IMG/VR virus record: IMGVR_UViG_3300037246_000495
Span: 1-55,128 of that record
Direction: 5' to 3' (one strand)
DNA from: a virus
Lineage: Duplodnaviria; Caudoviricetes
Length of the DNA: 55,128 bases
Part shown: positions 28,811 through 37,233 of the stretch, in pieces
How positions within the stretch are numbered: the stretch's first letter is position 1
How the letters are laid out: the number at the start of each line of letters is the position of its first letter
Position numbers and translations under genes: made by a program
Notes under the pieces: generated by a model
The model's input: the letters and a program-made list of their open reading frames with translations, nothing else
Database searches by the model: none
What the model was told of the DNA's origin: nothing

Positions 28811-29065
28811 TTATTTTTTAATCAATTTGTATTTATCCATTAAATGATCAGCTGTTTCTTTTCTACTTAGATAATACATGTCTTCATCTACTCTCAATAA
28901 CTCGATCAATCTTACATCCTTAAGATCTTCTGTCAATTCATCTCTAAAATTTAACGTCTTTTTGTATTTTAGATATTCAATGAATTTTAATACATCATTC
29001 TTTTGTTCTTCAGATAAGTTTTTAGATTCTTCCTTAAACTTCTCTATAAATTGTTTGTGTTTCAT
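28811..29065 (-). CDS. Hypothetical protein (DUF2281-like N-terminus)
   Basis: LSEEQKNDVLKFIEYLKYK. Confidence 0.45.
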   Translation of the reverse strand: MKHKQFIEKFKEESKNLSEEQKNDVLKFIEYLKYKKTLNFRDELTEDLKDVRLIELLRVDEDMYYLSRKETADHLMDKYKLIKK

Positions 29066-29141
29066 ATTGTTAGTTTTAAGTTATTGAATATTATTAATTG
29101 CTTAGAGTGAAGTTGTAGAGTGTTTGGTCTGTAAAAGTAAA

Positions 29142-29612
29142 TTACCAGTGAGTGCCTCTTATTATGTGTCCAACCATCACAGAACTTATGGGATACATTT
29201 CAGATATTGATTTATATGTGTAATATCCAGAATCATAAATCCTTCTTATCTCATTAGCTTTACTCATGCTTATTTTAGCACTATTAGTATGCATATTTAT
29301 AAGTCCACTTCTCATGGCGTGGTTTATATTCTCTTTAGCGGTGCACCACTCAAGATTAATTAACTCATTATTCGATTTAACGCCATCTATATGATTAACC
29401 TGCGGTTTATTTTCTGGATTAGGAACGAAAGCTATTGCTACTAATCGATGAATAAAATAAGGCTTACCTAATCCATCACTAAATAATCTGATGGTTTTAT
29501 AGCACTTACTGTCTGTTTGTTGTTTTAAAAGTCTCTTACTATTAGCAATACTACCAATTGAAGAGATTTTGTACAACCCCTCGTATCCTTCAATATCTTT
29601 CCAAATTTCCAT
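29142..29612 (-). CDS. NUMOD4-HNH homing endonuclease (likely start MEIWKDI at 29612)
   Basis: EIWKDIEGYEGLYKISSIG (NUMOD4), HRLVA.AF..NPENKPQVNHIDG.K.NN...NLEW (HNH) and a C-terminal HTH. Confidence 0.92.
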   Translation of the reverse strand: MEIWKDIEGYEGLYKISSIGSIANSKRLLKQQTDSKCYKTIRLFSDGLGKPYFIHRLVAIAFVPNPENKPQVNHIDGVKSNNELINLEWCTAKENINHAMRSGLINMHTNSAKISMSKANEIRRIYDSGYYTYKSISEMYPISSVMVGHIIRGTHW

Positions 29613-29615
29613 AAC

Positions 29616-29698
29616 AAAAAAAAACTTATAGATCCCCAGTACGAGTGGTTCACTATAAGCCTTGTGATAATATTTTGTTAGTTGTCTCGTACACAACT
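29616..29698 (-). promoter_or_regulatory. Structured 5' leader of the HNH gene: two hairpins with complementary 7-nt loops and a U-tract
   Basis: AGTTGT-[GTACGAG]-ACAACT and CTTATAG..CCA-[CTCGTAC]-TGG..CTATAAG-T9. TATCTTTG box at 29721-29728. Confidence 0.65.
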
Positions 29699-29743
29699 TT
29701 TCTTTAATCATTCAACATGTCAAAGATAACTCTTTAAATTGTG

Positions 29744-31003
29744 TTATACAACACATTTAGAATATTGACTTAATGAATCCTTAAGATTTTTATTTTCTTC
29801 TCTTAGTTTTTCAATTTGCTTTTCTAAATTCTTAAATGCTTGACGTTTTGGATTCTTTCGCCATTCGATAGTCATTTCTGATATAGTATTGGCATAATTC
29901 AAGCGTCTTTCAATCTCTTTGCTTAAATCAGACTTAACACTGTTGATTGTATCCATGAGTCTGACATTTTCATCTAATGTAGATTGCAAATCTTTTGTCA
30001 ACTTCTTATTGTTGATAATTAAATCCTTTATAGTTTCGGCCTGATTACATCCAGTCTCAACACTATCTTGATATGCTTTCTCGCAGTCTGATAATGCCTC
30101 TTTAACAAGCTTAATCTCTTTCTCTAATTCATCAATCCGATTATTTTTCTGAATGAATTCGGTTGCATTCTCAACTCCGTACTTTCTAACCATATCAGCA
30201 AGTGATTCGCCAGCTACAAATGCTTCGAATCCTTTTATGGTAATTTCCTCTACGTATTCTTTTGTGAATCCCAACTTCTTACACGCTTCATCCATCTTCT
30301 TATGCGCCTCCTGAGCTTCGAAAGCTTCTTTTGTTCTACCTTGATTAATAACAAATAAGATACTGAAACTTGATGCTGTGGTTTCACTCTTCCACATATT
30401 TTTACCATCAAACTTTATCTTTACAATCCCATCATTACAGCTCTGAACATACTCAGGAATCTTAATAAGTTTCGAACCTGTCCAATAGTAGCCTTTGGTG
30501 TGTTCTTCTTCAATACGTTTTTTTATTTCTGACTCATTCGCCTTTACCATCTTTGTTGTGTCTAAGTAATTACATAAAGTAAAGCTTGTGGCGCTGGTGA
30601 TATTGTATACGCTACCAGTATTTGTCTCTGTATTCCAATCTTTTATTCGGTGCGACCAATCTCCATTATCACCAAAAACGTAAATATCCCCATCCTTCGG
30701 AACTTCAACACTTAAGATCTCTTTTAATCTTGACAAGTCTTGGGGCATTGACAGAACAGCATAATCATGATTATCACTACCTAGATTGTACCAATAATAA
30801 AAACCAATCTTCTCGTTATTGTATTTACATTCTTTTTCGTCAAAAACTATGTATTTAGCTTTGTGTTCTGGATTGTCAAAACATCTAGAATCTTTTCTTT
30901 TCTCAACGTACTGTCCAGCATTCCTAATCAAATCAAGAGCAATCTTAACACTTGCCCAATTAGCTTCACTGTACTTAATTGCAAATTTAGGTAATGTTTT
31001 CAT
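29744..31003 (-). CDS. Hypothetical protein with C-terminal coiled coil
   Basis: 419-aa ORF. Confidence 0.6.
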   Translation of the reverse strand: MKTLPKFAIKYSEANWASVKIALDLIRNAGQYVEKRKDSRCFDNPEHKAKYIVFDEKECKYNNEKIGFYYWYNLGSDNHDYAVLSMPQDLSRLKEILSVEVPKDGDIYVFGDNGDWSHRIKDWNTETNTGSVYNITSATSFTLCNYLDTTKMVKANESEIKKRIEEEHTKGYYWTGSKLIKIPEYVQSCNDGIVKIKFDGKNMWKSETTASSFSILFVINQGRTKEAFEAQEAHKKMDEACKKLGFTKEYVEEITIKGFEAFVAGESLADMVRKYGVENATEFIQKNNRIDELEKEIKLVKEALSDCEKAYQDSVETGCNQAETIKDLIINNKKLTKDLQSTLDENVRLMDTINSVKSDLSKEIERRLNYANTISEMTIEWRKNPKRQAFKNLEKQIEKLREENKNLKDSLSQYSKCVV

Positions 31004-31005
31004 AG

Positions 31006-31389
31006 TTAATTAAAGTTTTGTCTTAGTTCGAATGTTACTTTTCCACCTTTATTTTTAATAATCAATTGCTGATCTTCTTGCAGTTCGTCAAGCTCTAATG
31101 TGTGTTCCGGCTTACTGACTTCAATACTAGCCATCACTTGAATGAAATCTTGGTAACTCAAATCCTTCTCATTCACATCTTTGTGATAGAACGTGATTTT
31201 CGGCTCTCCACCAATTACTAAAGTGAATAACGCATTTATCCATCGGCCATCTAAAATACCTTGGAGCTGCCATGATATCGGAATTATCTCATTCGACTCA
31301 TCCAGCTCTATTATATCCTTAGCACCTTTTTCTTTTAGGCATTCTAAAAATAAGGCTCTTGCTTCTTCTAGTTGTTTTTTATAATCCAT
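31006..31389 (-). CDS. Hypothetical protein
   Basis: 127-aa ORF in a tightly packed operon. Confidence 0.55.
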   Translation of the reverse strand: MDYKKQLEEARALFLECLKEKGAKDIIELDESNEIIPISWQLQGILDGRWINALFTLVIGGEPKITFYHKDVNEKDLSYQDFIQVMASIEVSKPEHTLELDELQEDQQLIIKNKGGKVTFELRQNFN

Positions 31390-31627
31390 CTTGTTCTTGT
31401 TTTAATAGTTCATCAGTGAATCTTAAGGCAACGCCTACATTATGCTTCATGTCGGCAACTCCTTTAACTCCAATTATTGACGACAATAAATCTTTAGCTA
31501 TAAGTAATCGCGTTGACATCCCTTCATTTCTCCAATCATAAGCATCAACTTGAATAGCTGTTTTTGATTTCTCGTTTGATTTTCCTGCAAACGCTGGCTC
31601 ATGTCCTAATTTATTTTCTTTACTCAT
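31379..31627 (-). CDS. Small phage protein of the GMS.R..IA...L type (likely start MSKENK)
   Basis: EPAF...EGMSTRLLIAKDLL...ALRFTDELLKQ. Confidence 0.55.
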   Translation of the reverse strand: MSKENKLGHEPAFAGKSNEKSKTAIQVDAYDWRNEGMSTRLLIAKDLLSSIIGVKGVADMKHNVGVALRFTDELLKQEQDGL

Positions 31628-31648
31628 CTCTTTATTTTTAAGTACACC

Positions 31649-31703
31649 CAAATTTAACTCTAATGATTTGCATTAGGAATTTATCTAGGGTGTTGTTCAA
31701 CAT
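31649..31703 (-). promoter_or_regulatory. Palindromic motif plus -7 box (33-nt gap)
   Basis: GTGTTGTTCAACAT, with TAAATTTG on minus. Confidence 0.75.
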
Positions 31704-31988
31704 GTTTGCAATTCACTAACGCGTACCACATTCCTTTTTTATCATAGCACACTTCAGTTTTTTCATTTATTCGTGCAATTTCAAAAATAAATCCTTTACA
31801 ATAATCCACCTTGTCACCAATTGAAAATTCCATAGTCTTAATTCTTAAATATTGGTTTGTTTAATTCTTCTCTCATCTTAATCTTACATCTTATGATGTT
31901 GATTGCATAGCCCAATAATAAGTTATCATTCTTTGGTTCATCTGGCTTTGCTATTACAATGTCTAATATTGGCGTTTCCATGATTAGA

Positions 31989-32342
31989 TTATTTACTTGT
32001 TAGTTCTACGAATTTTTTAAATGATCCTCTAGGTATGAACCTTAAATCATTAATCATACTGAATGTATCGTTTGAATGAATGGTTAATCCACCAACACCT
32101 GACATTGCATGTAATACCTTGTATTTAATATCGCTTTCCGAGTAGTCCTCATCCCCAAACTCACTCTTGTAAGCCTCAATCATAAATATACTACTACCAC
32201 TTAAGCTACCTTTTTCTTTAATCCTATAACACCTGCAACCATCATCTGATATCCAAATACACATTGTATAATAGTAGTTTTTTATGTGATCCGTAAGCTC
32301 ATATTCTCCTACTGGTAAGTTAAATAAATCTCTCTTTCTCAT
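31989..32342 (-). CDS. Hypothetical protein
   Basis: 117 aa with a gaaactATG start. Confidence 0.55.
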   Translation of the reverse strand: MRKRDLFNLPVGEYELTDHIKNYYYTMCIWISDDGCRCYRIKEKGSLSGSSIFMIEAYKSEFGDEDYSESDIKYKVLHAMSGVGGLTIHSNDTFSMINDLRFIPRGSFKKFVELTSK

Positions 32343-32350
32343 AGTTTCAA

Positions 32351-32635
32351 TTATTTATAATTAGTTTCTGCTCCAAATTCTATTAGCAATAAACACATAA
32401 TTCCAAAGTTTGGATTTTTTGGCTTCTCAGTCAGTCCGCTTTCTATCTGGATGCTCTCGAATAGATTAGCACCCCATCCTATCTTGTACTTTCCATCTTC
32501 ACTCTTGTCTGGACATATAACAATGTTTTCGCCAATCTGAATGCCAATATACTCAAACCCTTTTCTTGGGGCATTGATTGCTTTATTCTTATTAATAGGG
32601 TTATTAACGCATTTAACTCTTGTATATTCTGTCAT
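32351..32635 (-). CDS. Hypothetical protein
   Basis: 94-aa ORF. Confidence 0.5.
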   Translation of the reverse strand: MTEYTRVKCVNNPINKNKAINAPRKGFEYIGIQIGENIVICPDKSEDGKYKIGWGANLFESIQIESGLTEKPKNPNFGIMCLLLIEFGAETNYK

Positions 32636-32658
32636 GGCTTCTAGCTGTTAGTTTGTAT

Positions 32659-33087
32659 CTATTCATGTATAGTTCTTACCCACTCAAGAGTTAATAAATT
32701 ACATTTAACAAAGTCATACTCATAACAATCATGACCGTCACCCCTGTATTTGTAATGAAGAACATGGCACGGATTACATGTATCCTCTTCAATTGTTGCG
32801 GTGTATTGAAACACTCCTTCGAAATAAGCATTAACCACGTCGCCCTGATATAGTATTCTACCGTTCTTGTCTTCAATATCAACACATCTACCTACCGTTT
32901 TTGCATCAACACGAATTACATTATCAAAACAAACACGAACAGGATCATTACTATAAGCATAATGCCCATTAATAATAAACGATTCTTTATCTCCTGATTT
33001 ATCGCCGTAATTATTCCTAACGGATTCGATTAAAAACCCTTCGATTAGTTCGCGATTATCTATTCTTTTAGCTCTTACTTTTTTCAT
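32659..33087 (-). CDS. YopX family protein
   Basis: RAKRIDN.E.IEG...TVGR...EDKNG..LYQGDVV...IHE. Confidence 0.8.
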   Translation of the reverse strand: MKKVRAKRIDNRELIEGFLIESVRNNYGDKSGDKESFIINGHYAYSNDPVRVCFDNVIRVDAKTVGRCVDIEDKNGRILYQGDVVNAYFEGVFQYTATIEEDTCNPCHVLHYKYRGDGHDCYEYDFVKCNLLTLEWVRTIHE

Positions 33088-33113
33088 AGTTTCTAATTAT
33101 TAGTTTGTATTAA

Positions 33114-33168
33114 CAAAAATAAAGATTCGAGCCGTTAAACCCGAATCTTTAAGTATGTTATGTAGCAT
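33114..33168 (-). promoter_or_regulatory. Motif plus -7 box (33-nt gap), with a terminator hairpin filling the spacer
   Basis: ATGTTATGTAGCAT, with TATTTTTG on minus. The spacer is aaagattcg...cgaatcttt. Confidence 0.7.
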
Positions 33169-33174
33169 GTTTGG

Positions 33175-33795
33175 TTAAAAAGGCAAATCATCTTCTTCTG
33201 GAGCTGGTGGCATGTCAGCCGCATTAAATTCTGGACTTGCAGTCGCTTGCATCTTTTCAATTCTCCAGGCTTCTAGATTACTGAAGTAATTTACCTTGCC
33301 GTCTTTCTCCCATTTTCTGCCCTTGATATTAAAACTAACCTTTATAGTCTCGTTAATACTTACAGTCTCTAATAGATCACATCTGTCCTGTGTGAGCTGG
33401 AATTTAATGAAGTCGTTCCATTTTTCATTTCTTTCATTTACCACTTCAATTACAAACTCTCTTTTCTTAAACTTATCAGACACTTGTTTGGTATCTTCCT
33501 TTAAAATTACTTTTCCCGTGATTTCAAAATTGCTCATTGAATTTTCTTTTGTGTCTGTATTTTCAGACTGTTTATTACTTGGTTTATTTTCTACTGGCTT
33601 ATTAAATTCTTTTATTTGTTCTTCGGTTGGTTGTATGTTGTGTTGCTCTTTGCAGTAAGGGCAGAATCTACCAACTCTTTTAAAGTCGTATGAGCAACCA
33701 CATGATTTGCAAGTGCAAGGCTCTCTGAAATTACCACCTCTTAGCGATCCGCTACTGTGCTGCATTCCATAGTTTCTTTTATATCTATCACCCAT
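33175..33795 (-). CDS. DUF3127 single-stranded DNA-binding protein with N-terminal zinc-ribbon extension
   Basis: FEITGKV...FKKREFVIE...IKFQLTQDRC...VSFNIKGRKWEK.GK..YF..LEAWRI and an acidic DDLPF tail. Confidence 0.85.
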   Translation of the reverse strand: MGDRYKRNYGMQHSSGSLRGGNFREPCTCKSCGCSYDFKRVGRFCPYCKEQHNIQPTEEQIKEFNKPVENKPSNKQSENTDTKENSMSNFEITGKVILKEDTKQVSDKFKKREFVIEVVNERNEKWNDFIKFQLTQDRCDLLETVSINETIKVSFNIKGRKWEKDGKVNYFSNLEAWRIEKMQATASPEFNAADMPPAPEEDDLPF

Positions 33796-33881
33796 CTTGT
33801 TTTTCAGTTTCCACCACCTCTTCTAAAGGCAGTTGGTTAGTAATTGCTTCTTGTTCACGTATCTCTAAAAACTCGTATCTA

Positions 33882-34823
33882 TTACTCATCCTCTTTAGTG
33901 TTAGGTTCTGGTTCCGTCTCGGACTTTAACGCTTCACCTTTTTCAGAAACAGCTTGTTTGTAATCTTCATTCTTATGTAGTTTTACATTAGACTTCCAAT
34001 GAGCCGTCAAATCCTCGACAGTTGAAATGTCAATAAGATCATTCATTGCATCTTTTAATTCAACCTCTAATTCAGCTTTCAACATTTCAGTGCCGATGAT
34101 TTGAGGATAAGGATTAACACCCTCTATCACTTTAATTTCATCCTTAAGAGCATCTCTTCTTTTGGCTTCGTATTGGGGTGTTCTTTGTGTATACAAACAA
34201 ACCTCTTTACCACCGTAGGCTTTCGTCTTGTCAATTCCTTTCCCCTCTTTAAATGTCGTTTTATAATTGACGAAAAATACATTATGTGCCCATTGGCGAA
34301 GCGTGGCGGCTGCTTTCTTACCCATATCCATTCCGTAATAATCGTAAGCCCCACCAATAGGATCGTTAAATGATTTCACAACACTGTGAGCTATCATAAC
34401 CACATTAAGTCCGGACTTCATTAATCTTTCAAACAACGGAGTCACCTCGTCATCGAAAAAAGCTTTTACTCTTTGATCGCCCTTACCGTACCCATACAAC
34501 CTATGGTCTGTAATACTATCAGCTTTATCTAATCTGACAACCTCGGTTATGACAATCTTCTCAAGCCAGTCTACCGTATCAATAACTACAGACTCAAATT
34601 CTTCAAATCCATCTTTCTTAGATAGAATCATACCAATGGCCTGATTAAACTCAATCCATGTTCTTGCGCGCAATCTAGCAACATCTAGTTTATCTGTCGA
34701 ACCTTCGCAGTCGATAAATATTGCATTCGGATAAGTGGATCCTAAGCTTGTTTTTCCAACACCCTCAACTCCGTGAATCAAGTCTTTTGATGGTCCTATC
34801 TGCACTCCTGTTTCTAATTTCAT
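33882..34823 (-). CDS. Sak4-like AAA_24 ATPase (phage recombinase)
   Basis: Walker A GVEGVGKTS, FIDCEGS, Walker B VVIDTVDWLE, GYGKG and IAHS. Adjacent to the SSB gene. Confidence 0.85.
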   Translation of the reverse strand: MKLETGVQIGPSKDLIHGVEGVGKTSLGSTYPNAIFIDCEGSTDKLDVARLRARTWIEFNQAIGMILSKKDGFEEFESVVIDTVDWLEKIVITEVVRLDKADSITDHRLYGYGKGDQRVKAFFDDEVTPLFERLMKSGLNVVMIAHSVVKSFNDPIGGAYDYYGMDMGKKAAATLRQWAHNVFFVNYKTTFKEGKGIDKTKAYGGKEVCLYTQRTPQYEAKRRDALKDEIKVIEGVNPYPQIIGTEMLKAELEVELKDAMNDLIDISTVEDLTAHWKSNVKLHKNEDYKQAVSEKGEALKSETEPEPNTKEDE

Positions 34824-34950
34824 AGTATTTAGTTTAAATTTTATAAATAAATTAGTTCAATCACACCAATTATAAACAGCGAAATTATTGAATAATTATA
34901 ATCTCCTAGCTTTTTAATTAGTTTCATAGTCAAGTATTTTGGTTATGATG

Positions 34951-35005
34951 TAAATGTATTGGTTTATAAATTACCGTGGAAATATTTGAACATGTTAGAA
35001 AACAT
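34951..35005 (-). promoter_or_regulatory. Motif plus -7 box (33-nt gap) upstream of the Sak4/SSB operon
   Basis: ATGTTAGAAAACAT, with TACATTTA on minus. Confidence 0.7.
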
Positions 35006-35153
35006 ATTGCGTAAATGCGCGATAATAAATGACAATAGATCATTAGCATTGCGCAAGTGTGCAATATTCAGGTGTGTTAAAATTATTAAACACATATAAA
35101 GAAAGGGTTTTGACTACTTAATGCACTTTACACATATGTTATAAACAAATAAA

Positions 35154-35237
35154 TTATCTTTTTCTGCCAATAATCATTCCAACACCTAATCCAATAAAAA
35201 ATCCACCAATCCATAATAAAATCATTACTCCTACCAT
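35154..35237 (-). CDS. 27-aa single-TM peptide inside an integron-like cassette (not in ORF track)
   Basis: MVGVMILLWIGGFFIGLGVGMIIGRKR, flanked by GTTATAAAC (35138) and GTTTATAAC (35247). Confidence 0.6.
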   Translation of the reverse strand: MVGVMILLWIGGFFIGLGVGMIIGRKR

Positions 35238-35246
35238 AATTTCTCA

Positions 35247-35343
35247 GTTTATAACAAGCAGCGTATTTAATTGCTCGTTAGGTTTATATTAATTCAAATC
35301 TTTATTTTCTGGCAACTAAAACATGCTGCCAATCCATTACAAC
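35247..35343 (+). repeat. attC-like hairpin, copy 1
   Basis: GTTTATAAC-aa-GCAGCGTATTTAATTGC...GCAACTAAAACATGCTGC-caatcc-ATTACAAC. About 6 differences from copy 2. Confidence 0.75.
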
Positions 35344-35542
35344 CCAATACTCTCGTTTATTTCATCAATTCTCACCCACCTCTTCTTAAGCGTCTTATCA
35401 TCACGATATGTTATTCATGCTGTCCAATTCGGATCCGCTTCTCTTTCGGCTTCTAGCCTATCATGTGCTTCTTTACCTAATTGTGCTTGAGTTTTCATTT
35501 TTGCATTACTGTCAACTAAATTCGTGTTTGTCGAAGTTTGTT

Positions 35543-35953
35543 TCATAGCATTACGTTTTTAAATTTCAGTTTTCCGTTTGTAAATTCTGCTATATCTGTT
35601 AGCGTTTCTATATTTATTAGCATGTCGTGGAAATGATACTTCATATTATCGTTGATGTAATAATCACCATCCATATAACCATCAAATATCACTTTCTTTT
35701 CAGCTTCTTCCCATTCTGCCATCGCTTCGTTATAAATATCCATCCCGCATACGCCACAATCTGAGCCTTTGTAATTGTGAATATCTGGCTTCACGAGACG
35801 ATTAATAAACATCTCTTTAGTGTACGGCTCATCAATCTTATTAGTATACTTGAAGCAATTTAAATACATCTTTGCCAAGTCATGAACCAATCCCGTTCCT
35901 GTATGCTGGTTCTTAACGAATTGACTCAATGTGTAAAGTTTTTCTAGTTCCAT
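35543..35953 (-). CDS. Hypothetical phage protein (likely start MELEKL)
   Basis: Part of ORF 35543-35968, with an aaaactATG start after a motif promoter. Confidence 0.55.
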   Translation of the reverse strand: MELEKLYTLSQFVKNQHTGTGLVHDLAKMYLNCFKYTNKIDEPYTKEMFINRLVKPDIHNYKGSDCGVCGMDIYNEAMAEWEEAEKKVIFDGYMDGDYYINDNMKYHFHDMLINIETLTDIAEFTNGKLKFKNVML

Positions 35954-35980
35954 AGTTTTAAGTATCAATTAATAATATCA

Positions 35981-36035
35981 GCAATTACGTTATTAAAAAT
36001 AAGACTATCAAAACTTTAAACATGTTGTAAAACAT
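35981..36035 (-). promoter_or_regulatory. Motif plus -7-like box (33-nt gap)
   Basis: ATGTTGTAAAACAT, with GTAATTGC on minus. Confidence 0.65.
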
Positions 36036-36042
36036 AGCGCAT

Positions 36043-36072
36043 AAAAAAAGCGTAGGAACCACCCTACGCTTT
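36043..36072 (-). terminator. Intrinsic terminator after the lysis genes
   Basis: aaaaaaagcgtagg aaccac cctacgcttt. Confidence 0.8.
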
Positions 36073-36124
36073 AAAACTAATACTAACCATAAATTCAGCC
36101 TATGAAAACTGATCACGAAACAAA

Positions 36125-36511
36125 TTATTTTTTCTTTTTAAATGATACTATAATTCCTTTAATTTCTGCACTGTATTCCTTGCCAGCCTTTACTCCTTTT
36201 AGGATCTCAGCCTTATTAACATCACCGTCCTCTGTGATATCCTCGAAAACATCCAACAAGTCATCGGTATCCTCTAGTCCTTCTTTAAGCTTCGCTATAA
36301 TTACACGACTCTTTTTAATGAATTTATTAACGGCTAATACCCATGTTTCTTTCAGTACAGCACCACCAATGAAAGCGGCTATTCCGATCCAATTATCTGA
36401 AAGTAACTGCAACCATGACGGCATCTTAGAAACTTCCTCGACAGTCTGAGCGACTGACGGCATCACGAAAACCACCATAAAAGCTACTAATAGAAATAAA
36501 TATTTTTTCAT
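36125..36511 (-). CDS. Holin-like/lysis-associated membrane protein
   Basis: Signal-like N-terminus, a second TM and a charged C-terminus. Two genes downstream of the endolysin. Confidence 0.5.
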   Translation of the reverse strand: MKKYLFLLVAFMVVFVMPSVAQTVEEVSKMPSWLQLLSDNWIGIAAFIGGAVLKETWVLAVNKFIKKSRVIIAKLKEGLEDTDDLLDVFEDITEDGDVNKAEILKGVKAGKEYSAEIKGIIVSFKKKK

Positions 36512-36552
36512 TTGAAATGTTTTAATTATAAACTATTTAGACTGCAAGTTAA

Positions 36553-36789
36553 TTATTTTCTTGATGCTTTGCAACTTCTCACCTCTTGCCTGATTTCTTT
36601 ATTCGACATTTCAGGATTAATTTCGAAAGTTTGCGACACGTTTTGAGTGTTATTTTTACCGCTTACTTTGTTTTTAAACTTGCCATTGTAATTGTTTTCG
36701 GTTGTAGGCTTCTTGAATTTATAAACCAGGAATCTATCGAATCCTATTGCAATAGCAAATACAGCTACGTATGATAATGTTTCTAGCAT
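36553..36789 (-). CDS. Small N-terminal TM protein (lysis cassette)
   Basis: 78 aa overlapping the endolysin stop. Confidence 0.45.
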   Translation of the reverse strand: MLETLSYVAVFAIAIGFDRFLVYKFKKPTTENNYNGKFKNKVSGKNNTQNVSQTFEINPEMSNKEIRQEVRSCKASRK

Positions 36790-37208
36790 AACGCAAGTAT
36801 ATCAGATAAATCCTTTGCTCTCCTACCAACTTGGCCAGCCCATCGACTGTCCAACATCTCAACTGATGCTTTCATATATTCACCTTCTTTAATCAGACGT
36901 AAAGTGTTCTTGAATGCTAACAATCCAGTAACTCCCATATTGAAAGCCATATCGATTAAAACTAATTGGGCTGTAATGTGAGTAAAACAAAACCAAGGAA
37001 GCGCTTTGATTAACTGAGCTTCAAAATCCTCAATATCATTACCAAGCAGAAACAAAGCTTCCGCCTCTGTGATTCCTCGATCTTCTAGATTGCGACCAAC
37101 TCCAATGGTCAATTTATTAGAGGTGCATTTATAGGGCTTAAGTCTTAAACCCTCTTCGATTATTAATCGGTTTTTTAAATCTTTAAGTGTTTTTAATTCT
37201 TTGCTCAT
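36783..37208 (-). CDS. Endolysin, T4-lysozyme-like muramidase (GH24)
   Basis: EEGLRLKPYKC....TIGVGRNL, DMAFNMG..GL..F and EMLDSRWA.QVG.RA. Confidence 0.92.
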   Translation of the reverse strand: MSKELKTLKDLKNRLIIEEGLRLKPYKCTSNKLTIGVGRNLEDRGITEAEALFLLGNDIEDFEAQLIKALPWFCFTHITAQLVLIDMAFNMGVTGLLAFKNTLRLIKEGEYMKASVEMLDSRWAGQVGRRAKDLSDILALC

Positions 37209-37233
37209 TTCTTAAAGTTATTAAATTAATTGA

